Source: Gammaproteobacteria bacterium (GTDB lineage: Bacteria > Pseudomonadota > Gammaproteobacteria > JBCCGL01). Taken from it: DNA of 64,000 bases. Positions 29,555 to 38,672 of this stretch are shown here, one piece after another. Position numbers and translations under genes: made by a program. The stretch lies in contig OZ255836.1 of assembly GCA_965277715.1 (NCBI GenBank), forward strand, positions 3,776,001 to 3,840,000, given 5' to 3'. Position 1 is the stretch's first letter, and the number at the start of each line of letters is the position of its first letter. The notes below the pieces were generated by a model, which saw only the letters and a list, made by a program, of their open reading frames with translations, was not told the DNA's origin and did not search any database.

Positions 29555-30868
29555 ATGGGCAAATTGAATATGAACGAAATGATGACCGTTGAAGAATATA
29601 TCACCGAACACTGTAAAATAAGTATGGAAAAAGCAATTGCTGCTGAACGCTTCCCTTTATGGAAAAGATCATGCGATTCCATTGATGACGTAGCTTTTTC
29701 TCGACATGGGTTACTTCACTGTATAAGTCTTGTACATAGTGGTCGTCACTATCTACAGGTTACGGATGAAATATACGACGAGACAATTTGTCATTCAAGC
29801 TATTTTAACGCATTGAAGTCGACAAGACGGATGAAGATGATGCAAGCCATGGAAAAGCAAAGCTATCAACTGCAAAGTGAGAAATTATCTTCTTTGGACA
29901 TTGATTATTTAAAACAATTTCCTGAACTTGAAGAATATCGAGTAGAAGCAGCTGATGGTCATTTTATACAGCATGCTTGTCACACAGAGAAAAATCGTCA
30001 GGGCAACGTCTTCGCAGCAGGCTTTATTCATGCCTTGAACCTCAGAAATGGACTTCTAAGACCACTTTGTGTCGTGACTAACGGTACTGAACGGCACCAG
30101 GAAATACCCGCGTTACGTTCTTATATTGAACAACGTTGTGGCGAAAAAGAGACTTGGCAAAAGCATCTCTATATATACGATAAGGCGGTGACTGATTATG
30201 CATGGTGGGAAAAGCAAAAACAGCATCAGAATTTTATGATTTCAGTACTCAAAGAAAATGCGGTTGCAACTTTTGTCAACTCTATACCCTATGACCAGGG
30301 TAGTGAAATTAATACAGGGGTTGAAGGCTATAGTGTATATAAAAATAAAAAGGTCCAATTTCATATTGTTAAATACCGCGACCCAGAAACAGGTCAATTA
30401 CATCAATTTATTTCAACGCTACCAGAGTCAATTAACCCAGGCACTATTGCTATGCTCTATTACAAGCGTTGGACGATAGAAAAATCATTCAACAATAGCA
30501 AAAGTGATTTCACCGAAAGAAAAGCCTGGTCTTCAAACCTGAATGCGCTGAACAGTCAAATGCGTTTTACTGCCATGGCCTATAATATCATGCGTATTTT
30601 TGAAGAAATATCAAAAACAAAGAACCTGGAATGTATTCATCCATCTGATAAAAAATACACTAAAATGCTTGATAAGAGACAACAAATTGCCCAGAAAAAA
30701 GGCAGCTTTGTTAATCCATTGTTTTTTTACGCTAGAATTACCCGTATATGCTCATTCACCATCCGCTCTCTGCAAAATGCAATAATGACAAGAAAGTCCC
30801 TTAGAACTATTATGCATAGCTTAGTGAGGCATTTAAAACCTCGACAGCCAGGAATTTTGAAACACTGA
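29555..30868 (+). CDS. IS4-family transposase (second element, AT-rich)
   Basis: AADGH, YDKA, YYKRWTIEKSFNNSK; IR TTAGTGCCATTG ending at 30886. Confidence 0.8.
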   Translation: MGKLNMNEMMTVEEYITEHCKISMEKAIAAERFPLWKRSCDSIDDVAFSRHGLLHCISLVHSGRHYLQVTDEIYDETICHSSYFNALKSTRRMKMMQAMEKQSYQLQSEKLSSLDIDYLKQFPELEEYRVEAADGHFIQHACHTEKNRQGNVFAAGFIHALNLRNGLLRPLCVVTNGTERHQEIPALRSYIEQRCGEKETWQKHLYIYDKAVTDYAWWEKQKQHQNFMISVLKENAVATFVNSIPYDQGSEINTGVEGYSVYKNKKVQFHIVKYRDPETGQLHQFISTLPESINPGTIAMLYYKRWTIEKSFNNSKSDFTERKAWSSNLNALNSQMRFTAMAYNIMRIFEEISKTKNLECIHPSDKKYTKMLDKRQQIAQKKGSFVNPLFFYARITRICSFTIRSLQNAIMTRKSLRTIMHSLVRHLKPRQPGILKH

Positions 30869-30886
30869 TGTAACTTAGTGCCATTG

Positions 30887-31216
30887 GGTGATAGCCACAC
30901 CGTTAGTATTAACTAGGTTGGCGGTAATCGTTGTACTGGCCCCAGCTGCCAAACTGGTTTGGGTTGCTGCCAGCGCGCCTGCAGTAAAGTCGGCACCTGA
31001 GCCATTACCGATTCGTAATGTGGTTGTCCCTGAGGTAGGTGTCCCTGCTACTAGGGTAGTTGATCCTGTGTTGTTATCACTGAATCCACCCGTGCCACCG
31101 CCGCCACCACAAGCAGTTAGGCATAACATCAAAAAAAACAGTGCGGTGTAACGCAAAGCAGCAGTGGTATCGGTCAATACGGTCTTCAGATTGACCTTGA
31201 TTGGGTAGGTTATCAT
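30887..31216 (-). pseudogene. Truncated Ig-like/invasin-type lipoprotein
   Basis: Lipobox LTAC-GGGGG, Thr/Gly/Ala-rich beta-type sequence, cut at the IS4 IR. Confidence 0.65.
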
Positions 31217-31337
31217 AGATTTATATGCCTCTATAGCGAGCGCGTTCCTGAGTTTCCGTGCAGTGTGCCAGTTTTAATAATTAAAATGAAGTACTATTTA
31301 TAGTCTATTGGTATTTATAGGTTTTTTTATATTTTTT

Positions 31338-31966
31338 CTAGGGCCTGTTGACGTTTCACATGGGTAACCAAAGAAAGGAGCATGCCAAGGCGAGCATGCT
31401 CCGATAGTTCCGCTTCAACTTATCATATCGGGTGGCAATCGCTCGAAAATGCTTCAATCGAGCAAACACATTTTTCAACCAGGCGTCGGTATTTGTATAA
31501 ACACCAGTCGATATCCTCATCGCCTATTTTTGAGTTGCTTCGCCGTGGAATAACCGGAACTGACTTTTTCTGTCTAATCTGATGGCGTAACGCTTCGCTG
31601 TCATACCCTTTGTCAGCCACCACATACTCGCTTTTTGGCAAGGCATCAATCACTTCAGGAGCTGCTGTGGAGTCATTAACCTGCCCAGCAGTGATGTCAA
31701 ATAATACGGGCAACCCAAACCCATCTACAATCATGTGTATTTTCGTTGTTTTCCCGCCTCGTTGCCAATGGCTTGATTTTCACGCCCTCTAGCCCTGCGC
31801 TATGTTGGTGTGCCTTCACAATACTTCCATCAATAAATGCCCATTCTTGATCGGGTTCTTCGACAAGCGCATGGAAAATGTTCATTTTTATTGTTTTTCG
31901 TACATCCAATGATACGAATTTGCCTTTTGTTTCAAAAGCTTATAGCCAAACGTCAACAGGCCCTAG
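31338..31966 (-). mobile_element. IS5-family element with internal deletion
   Basis: CTAG-GGCCTGTTGACGTTT / AAACGTCAACAGGCC-CTAG ends; near-identical to 35942-36634 but lacks the transposase 5' part and is frameshifted. Confidence 0.88.
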
Positions 31967-32216
31967 CCATAGAGGGGTCTATTTTTTGGCTAATAAGCTT
32001 TTTGGCTGTGTCGCGCTTTTCCCGTGCGACTAAAAGCGATACGGCAGGGTAAACACCTAATGACAGTGTTTTTTGTTTTCCGCCAAATCGATACCCCATT
32101 CGCCAGTATCGACTGCCATTTGGATGTACCAGCAAATACATACCACCACCATCTGATAATTTGTATTGCTTGCTTTTAGGTTTGGCATTTTTTACCTGAG
32201 TATTATTGAATCTCAT
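31967..32216 (-). pseudogene. P4-like integrase N-terminal (Arm-binding) fragment
   Basis: YKLSDGGGMYLLV..WRMGYRFGGKQKTLSLGVYP; truncated by IS5; arm-site-like repeats TGTACCAACA/TGTACCAGCA upstream. Confidence 0.88.
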
Positions 32217-32378
32217 TTGTTGGTATAAATTCTGGTGAGGTGGTTTGTACCAACAAATGTACCAGCAAGTTTTGCGGATGTAAACAAACCAAGGCGAACG
32301 TTAAAGAACCTTATGTCTATTTAAGTTGTTGTTTTTAAAATTAAAAAATACCTTAATGAACTATATAGGTTTTTTAAA

Positions 32379-32454
32379 TGGTGCCGGAGAGAGGAATCGA
32401 ACCCCCGACCTTTTCATTACGAGTGAACTGCTCTACCGACTGAGCTACTCCGGC
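32379..32454 (-). tRNA. tRNA-Thr (CGT)
   Basis: GCCGGAGTAGCTCAGTCGGTAGAGC..CT-CGT-AA..GTTCGATTC..CCGGCACCA; 76 nt with CCA. Confidence 0.97.
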
Positions 32455-32673
32455 ACACCAAAGGCGGCAGGATTATAGTACAAGTGTTGTCTTGCTGTAT
32501 AACCCATATTTGACACTTTTATCTCAATTTAAGCCGAATTTCACCTGATTTGAGCACGCCAATATAACTAACCTATTAATTTAACTGAGTATTGTTTTTC
32601 CGACATGTAAAGTAGTGCCATAATTGTACTTCCAACCATTGACACTGCCACAATTCCCTCCTATCGTCTTGCA

Positions 32674-33475
32674 ATGTCCATCCGTCGCACCACCATCAAA
32701 AGCCGTCAATCCGGTGAACCTTACTATACCTATCGGCTGGTCTAGTCTGTTCGTTGCGAGGGTAAAGTGCGGCAACGAACGCGACTTAATTTAGGTCGCC
32801 ATTTCCAGGTGCCCCGTGAGCAATGGGCACATTTGGTTCAGCGTATTGAACATATTCTCCAGGGTCAAAACGAACGCTTTCCTATTGAACTTGAGTCACA
32901 GTGGGAAGAGGTAGCGCAAAGCATTGCTGCTTTGCTGGTTAACGCCAATGCACGCCAAAAAGAAACAAAGCAAACCCCACAGGACTACCAGTGCGTAGAT
33001 ATTGATAGCTTGGAGCTATTAAGAACCCCGTAGTGTGGGCGTTGAGCATGTGGCTTTACATGCGGTGCAACAGCTTGGGCTGGATCTTAAATTGGAAGCA
33101 CTGGGGTTTAATGGTCCTCAATGTCAGGCAGCATTAGGTAACCTGATAGCTCGTATGGTTGAATCGGTCAGTGAATTGGCGACCCACCACTGGCTGCAAC
33201 AACGCAGCGGTTTGGGTGAATTGTTGGAGGTAGACTATGGCAAGCTGGGACTGGAGCAACTTTATCGTGCCTCAGACAAGCTCTATGCCAATAAAACTGC
33301 ATTGGAATCGCATTGTTATCAACAGGCACGGGAACTCTTTGCCTTTGATGAGGTGATCACACTTTATGACCTTACCAACACGTATTTTGAAGACAGCGGT
33401 AAAAAAATACGAATGCCGCCTTCGGTTGTTCCAAAGAGAAACGTTCGGACTGTCCATTAGTGACCTTGGCACTGG
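32674..33475 (+). pseudogene. IS1634-family transposase, decayed and truncated
   Basis: MSIRRTTIK..YRLV*SVR..KVRQRT.LNLG; YDLTNTYFE; internal stops and frameshifts; cut by IS66. Confidence 0.82.
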
Positions 33476-33497
33476 GTAAGCGCCCTTAAATCAGCCT

Positions 33498-35105
33498 CTA
33501 TTCCAAGGTAATGTCCAAACCGACATGCCAAGGTAGCAAGGCCTCTCTCTTTTCAAGAGTATCCGCACTGCCGATATGATTAAGGACGTGCAGTATGTAC
33601 GCATAGGGTTCAAGCCCATTAGCTTTGGCCGTTTCGATCAATGAGTAACATGTGGCACTGGCATGGGCGCCACGGGTTGAATCGGCAAACAACCAGGCTT
33701 TTCTACCCACGGCAAAAGGCCTAATGGCATTTTCAGCCAGCACGTTGCTGATGTGTAACCGTCCATCATCACAGTAGCCTGTGAGGGTATGCCATTGATT
33801 CAGTGCATAGTCCATGGCGTTACGCGTAAGGGACTTTTTAGCCACCTTAGTAATATGCTTATCCAGCCATTGTTTGAATTCTTCCAACACCGGTTGGCTA
33901 AGTTTTTGGCGAAACCTTTGTTTTTCTGCGGGTTCAAGCGCTTGTATCTTTTTCTCAATGAGATAGAGCTTGCGGATTTTACCGATGGCGGCATCGGCTT
34001 TCGAGGCACGGGGGTTTTTCGTGTTTGCTTTATCGGCAGCTTTAATGGCATCAATGAATTTTCGGCGCACATGATCCCAGCAACCGATACGTGTCAGATT
34101 TTGCTGCTCGCACACCCCGTTATACCCTGAATAGCCATCGACTTGCAGAGTGCCTTGAAAACCTTCCAGTAAGCGTTGTGGCACTTCGCCCGAACGAGAG
34201 GGGTCGTATTCAAACAACACACTGGGCTGGGCTGGAGGGCCACCGCGCGTTAGCCACATCCATTTATCGGATTGGGCGGTTTTGCCATTTTCTTTGAGTA
34301 CCTGGATACGCGTTTCGTCCATTTGCACATAATCACCGTCATTTTGACTTTCCCGCAGCAAGGTCATCAGGGGTTTAAAAACCGCTTCCAGGCGAATCAT
34401 CCAGTTGGCCATGTTGGTGCGGCTCACGGCATGTCCATAACGCTTTAAAATGCTTTCCTGGCGATACAAGGGCAACCCATCGGCGTATTTGGACACCATG
34501 ATGTTGGCGAGCAGAGCCGTGCTGGCAAAGCACTTACCCAAAGGGTGTATGGGGCGTTGCGCGGCGATGATGTGGTCATCACCTGCGTAGCTGAAGACGG
34601 CCTTTTCTTGCCAGTACTCTAAAACGTTGAGTTGTGCGGGAATGTATTGGAGTTCTTCTTTGACTTTCACAAAGAAAGTACGTGTAGCGCCTGCTTTTTC
34701 CTCATCGCTTAAGGCTAGCTCAACGCGCACACGGGGTAAACGGTTGGAGAAGCCGCGTTGACGTTTTTTCTTGTTCGTGGTCGTAGGCTGAGGTAGCAAC
34801 TCATCCGGTAGCTGGCTATCAATGTCGACAATGGCTTGTTCGAGTTCCGCTTCATCAAACAAGTCAATCTGGAAGGCAAGCTTTTCGCTGTTAGCGCCGA
34901 ACCTCTGAACCTTGGAAAGACGCAACCGTTCTTCAAGCAAACGAATGTAGTGATCGCGGTTTTTAATGGTGTTTTTGTGACGTTGAATAATTTGGTTATG
35001 GTGCGTTAATTCGGCTTCTTTTTCAGCAAGCACGATCACTAATTCAGCCGCCGTTAAGCCGATGTAATTGCGTTGTTTTTGTTGAATTTCCGATGCCAAA
35101 ACCAT
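33498..35105 (-). CDS. tnpC: IS66 transposase TnpC
   Basis: LPLYRQ, MDET, DGYSGY, CWDHVRRKF, NVLAENAIRP. Confidence 0.92.
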   Translation of the reverse strand: MVLASEIQQKQRNYIGLTAAELVIVLAEKEAELTHHNQIIQRHKNTIKNRDHYIRLLEERLRLSKVQRFGANSEKLAFQIDLFDEAELEQAIVDIDSQLPDELLPQPTTTNKKKRQRGFSNRLPRVRVELALSDEEKAGATRTFFVKVKEELQYIPAQLNVLEYWQEKAVFSYAGDDHIIAAQRPIHPLGKCFASTALLANIMVSKYADGLPLYRQESILKRYGHAVSRTNMANWMIRLEAVFKPLMTLLRESQNDGDYVQMDETRIQVLKENGKTAQSDKWMWLTRGGPPAQPSVLFEYDPSRSGEVPQRLLEGFQGTLQVDGYSGYNGVCEQQNLTRIGCWDHVRRKFIDAIKAADKANTKNPRASKADAAIGKIRKLYLIEKKIQALEPAEKQRFRQKLSQPVLEEFKQWLDKHITKVAKKSLTRNAMDYALNQWHTLTGYCDDGRLHISNVLAENAIRPFAVGRKAWLFADSTRGAHASATCYSLIETAKANGLEPYAYILHVLNHIGSADTLEKREALLPWHVGLDITLE

Positions 35106-35172
35106 CGCGTAATAATACCCAATAACCGTCTAAAAATCATTAAAATAAAATGTTTTTACACCCTTTAGCGGG

Positions 35173-35541
35173 CTAAAAAACAGACTCGTAATGCAATACT
35201 TTGTGGCCTTTCATTGCGGCTAAATCATAGCCATCAAGCAACCCGTTTATTTGCGTTCCGGTGAGTGATATGACTTCCTCATCGAGGTCAGGCCACTTAA
35301 ATTGCTCTTCGGCCAAGGCTTTGTAATACAGTACAAAACCGTTGTCCTCCCACATCAGACATTTGATTTTGTTGCAGTGCCTGTTGGTGAACACATATAG
35401 GCCACCATCAAACAGGTTGTGGCCAAGCTCTCGCTCAACAATGGCCGCAAGGCCATTGCTTTGCTTACGAAAGTCCACCGCCTCTCGGTATAAAAACACC
35501 TTTGGAATATCGAGCGATGGCCGTAAATAACGGGCCTTCAT
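35173..35541 (-). CDS. tnpB: IS66 accessory TnpB
   Basis: VDFRKQSNGL, KCLMWEDNGF. Confidence 0.9.
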   Translation of the reverse strand: MKARYLRPSLDIPKVFLYREAVDFRKQSNGLAAIVERELGHNLFDGGLYVFTNRHCNKIKCLMWEDNGFVLYYKALAEEQFKWPDLDEEVISLTGTQINGLLDGYDLAAMKGHKVLHYESVF

Positions 35542-35855
35542 AACTGTGCCAGTAACGCGCCAACTAACGTCACGTTAGCGGCGGTAATGCCAGAAATGGC
35601 ACAGCCATTGGCCAGCGTAAAACACAAACCCGGATCAGCCCTTTGCCTATCAGCCACCATCACTTGGGTAAAGCCTGCTACAGGCATGTTACTCTGCACT
35701 GCTTGAATAGTTTTACGGGAACATTTACGGCTCCAATAGTAAAACTGCTTCAAGTGGATGCCGTTATCCTGGCAAAACTGCGCACCACTCAAACCGGATG
35801 CTTGCCATTGTTCAATTTGATTGCGCCAGTACGACGCACGTTCTTTATTACTCAT
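35538..35855 (-). CDS. tnpA: IS66 TnpA
   Basis: WQASGLSGAQFC..FYYW HTH. Confidence 0.85.
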   Translation of the reverse strand: MSNKERASYWRNQIEQWQASGLSGAQFCQDNGIHLKQFYYWSRKCSRKTIQAVQSNMPVAGFTQVMVADRQRADPGLCFTLANGCAISGITAANVTLVGALLAQL

Positions 35856-35941
35856 ACTACACCTAGCGGGTATTGGGTTGCTGTGATGCAGTGTGAAGGG
35901 CGATCAGAGTAATTGGTAGACGCCTATTCTTTGGCGCTTAC

Positions 35942-36634
35942 AGTCGATATCCTCATTGCCTATTTTTGAGCTGCTTCGCCGTGGAATAACCGGAACTGAC
36001 TTTTTCTGTCTAATCTGATGGCGTAACGCTTCGCTGTCATACCCTTTGTCAGCCACCACATACTCGCTTTTTGGCAAGGCATCAATCACTTCAGGAACCG
36101 CTGTGGAGTCATTAACCTGCCCAGCAGTTATGTCAAATAATACGGGCAACCCAAACCCATCTACAATCATGTGTATTTTCGTTGTTTTCCCGCCTCGACT
36201 GTTGCCAATGGCTTGATTTTCACGCCCTCTAGTCCCTGTGCTATGTTGGTGTGCCTTCACAATACTTCCATCAATAAATGCCCATTCTTGATCGGGTTCT
36301 TCGACAAGCACATGGAAAATGTTCATTAACTTGCCTTTCGATGACCAGTCATTGAAGCGTTTATAAACACTATTCCAGTCACCAAATGACGCCGGTAAAT
36401 CTCGCCACGGACACCCCACACGCAATCGATAAAGAATTCCTTCAACGACTAACCTTAACTTCGGCTTGTCATAAATGCCTTCTTTAAGCATGATACTCCG
36501 TAGCTTCGACCAATACTCATCGTTGAGCAATAATCGGGGCATGGCAAACTCGTATTTGTTGTTTTTCGTATATCCAATGATACGAATTTGCCTTTTGTTT
36601 CAAAAGCTTATAGCTAAACGTCAACAGGCCCTAG
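35942..36634 (-). mobile_element. IS5-family element truncated by IS66 (transposase from 36542)
   Basis: GCPWRDLP, IDGS, DKGYDS; IR plus CTAG at 36616-36634. Confidence 0.88.
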
Positions 36635-36855
36635 ACTTTGGTAACGATAAACCAATAATCATCCCCGTCTATACGCTGCTCATCGAGTGAGTGAGCATGT
36701 ACCCGACACCAGGCTGGAATATCGCTTTGTGTGCCGGGGTCAGTGCAGACAATGGCCACAGATTCTCCACTCACTGCCTGACCAATGGCGGTTTGTAGGC
36801 GGATAACAGGCATTGGGCATAGCAACCGGCGGGCATCAACGGTGTAGTTGGCCAT
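36631..36855 (-). CDS. tusA: Sulfur carrier TusA family protein
   Basis: DARRLLCPMP, TDPG..DIPAWC. Confidence 0.88.
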   Translation of the reverse strand: MANYTVDARRLLCPMPVIRLQTAIGQAVSGESVAIVCTDPGTQSDIPAWCRVHAHSLDEQRIDGDDYWFIVTKV

Positions 36856-36859
36856 GCGC

Positions 36860-37912
36860 TTATACGTACCACTCGGTGGGTATATCCACCTCGGGTATGG
36901 GGGTTACCTCTATTTCATGCCCGGCGCCACTCAGCGGTACAATTTTTATCGTTACCGATTCGGCGTTGCGCCCTTTGCCGTAACGCGCCAGTACACGCGC
37001 TGCAAGATTGGCGTCCTGTGCAGAAAATTCGGTACCCTCTACCAATGCAAATGCCCCCGGATGGCTGGTTGCATAGAGATGTATAAACTGTTTTCTATAC
37101 CCTTCAAGAAAGCGGTTTTCGCCATCTTCTCTGGCAATAATAAGCTTGAAATGTGGGCGCGGGCGTAAATGCCGCCCTACTTTCAACAGCATAATATCGT
37201 CCAGCTCGTAGCGTTTCTCACCGCGATGCGTCCACATATCCGCCAGTTTTGATGCGTATGTGGCATCGGTTAAAAAACAACAGCCGCCCGCTGGTTGTGC
37301 GTACTCTTCAATATTGAGTTGATCCGCCAGGGCCATTTGCGGTTTGCGTGAACGACCACTGAAATCAAACAACTGCTCGCGATCAACCCAGCCTTCACGC
37401 TCTGGCAGTGTTATGGGAAGGTATTTGGCACACAGTGGGCGTAATAAACGTTCATCGGCTCCTGATTCTGCAGCAATAATCGGCATGGTTTTACGCCGTT
37501 GTGATTTTGGGCGCTGGCCAATCACCTCGCCGGTAATGATGAAATCAAAACCGTTTTCCTGCATCCACTCTTTGGCTTTACCCACCATAAAAACCTTGCA
37601 GTCCAGGCACGGATTGAGGTGGGCGCCATAGCCGTGCTTGGGGTTGATCACAACATCCTTATATTCCTCAACAATATCAATAATATGTAGCTTTATGCTC
37701 AGTTGCTCCGCCACCCACAAGGCGTTATTGCGCTTTTGTTTCTTTTGATCCTGTTTGCGGATGGCGTGGGTATGCCCCTCTACACAGAAGCCGGTAAAGA
37801 AGTTAATCCCTTCAACGTGTACGCCTTGTTGCTGAATAACTTTGGTTGCGAGCATCGAGTCGAGGCCGCCGGAGATAAGGGAAACCGCTTTCCTTTGAGG
37901 AGGTGATTGCAT
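36860..37912 (-). CDS. ThiI/MnmA-like PP-loop tRNA thiolase candidate
   Basis: SGGLDS PP-loop, NPCLDC, TGEVIGQRPKSQ, AGGCC, KVGRH; 4 bp from tusA. Confidence 0.75.
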   Translation of the reverse strand: MQSPPQRKAVSLISGGLDSMLATKVIQQQGVHVEGINFFTGFCVEGHTHAIRKQDQKKQKRNNALWVAEQLSIKLHIIDIVEEYKDVVINPKHGYGAHLNPCLDCKVFMVGKAKEWMQENGFDFIITGEVIGQRPKSQRRKTMPIIAAESGADERLLRPLCAKYLPITLPEREGWVDREQLFDFSGRSRKPQMALADQLNIEEYAQPAGGCCFLTDATYASKLADMWTHRGEKRYELDDIMLLKVGRHLRPRPHFKLIIAREDGENRFLEGYRKQFIHLYATSHPGAFALVEGTEFSAQDANLAARVLARYGKGRNAESVTIKIVPLSGAGHEIEVTPIPEVDIPTEWYV

Positions 37913-38110
37913 GTGGTGTGGGCTAAGCGTGATTAACAGGGCGCTATATTACCTGTTTGCCGGGCGGCAATCGACAGTAATGCCGTTTACATATACGCAT
38001 CCAGCCTGTATTTTCAGTACATTAAGCATTTGTAGTGGATTCAACTGAGTGTTAGAAAGGTGACCGGCTTGAACAGGTGTGTGTGTGTCTTGTTGTCAGG
38101 TTCTAAACAC

Positions 38111-38376
38111 ATGCAGGAATTTTTTAACACAGTTGGCCCGCAAATGGCGGATATCAACTACACGGTTTATCCCTATAAACAAGCAAGCGAAGCACTGGTT
38201 AAGTTACGACAAACTCATCTGGATCAACTGACCGATAAGCTCAGCGAGCGGCGTATTCACCGGGTCATCAGCGCTATCCTCGCCTTTAACGCCAGTGATA
38301 CAGCAATGCTCTAGGGAAAAAAATTTACCATCGTCCCAGAGGGGAAACATGCTCTATTGATGTTCGGGGTGCTTGA
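38111..38376 (+). pseudogene. Collapsed remnant of an AAA-like ATPase gene
   Basis: N-terminal FFNTVGP joined directly to THLDQLTDKLSERRIHRVI and a C-terminus-like IDVRGA*; no Walker motifs left. Confidence 0.5.
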
Positions 38377-38672
38377 AGCGTTGGTTTGTAGCGGCCTAAA
38401 CGGAGGCATAGAGATTTTTTAGTACAACACTTAAATTTCTATAAAATCAATAGTTTAAATTTATATTTTGCCAAAGATGTTAAGAGATCATCTACTTTTG
38501 ATAGGGCGGCTGTATATAGTATCTGTTTACCGGATGGCAAGTGTTCAGGGTGAGTAACTTGGCATGTTGTATCAATTATTTGGTGAAAAATTTTATAAAT
38601 TTCTAATATTATTGTTTTTATTGGTATATTCTTAGTAGTGTTTTCGGTGATTATATTATTGGTATATATACA

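Larger units (their letters stand above)
33476..35941 (-). mobile_element. IS66-family element (complete, three ORFs)
   Basis: IR GTAAGCGCC at both ends; no matching TSD. Confidence 0.92.

Noticed and set aside
35173-35541. TnpB as an RNA-guided nuclease
   Set aside because: This is the unrelated 122-aa IS66 accessory TnpB, with no RuvC domain
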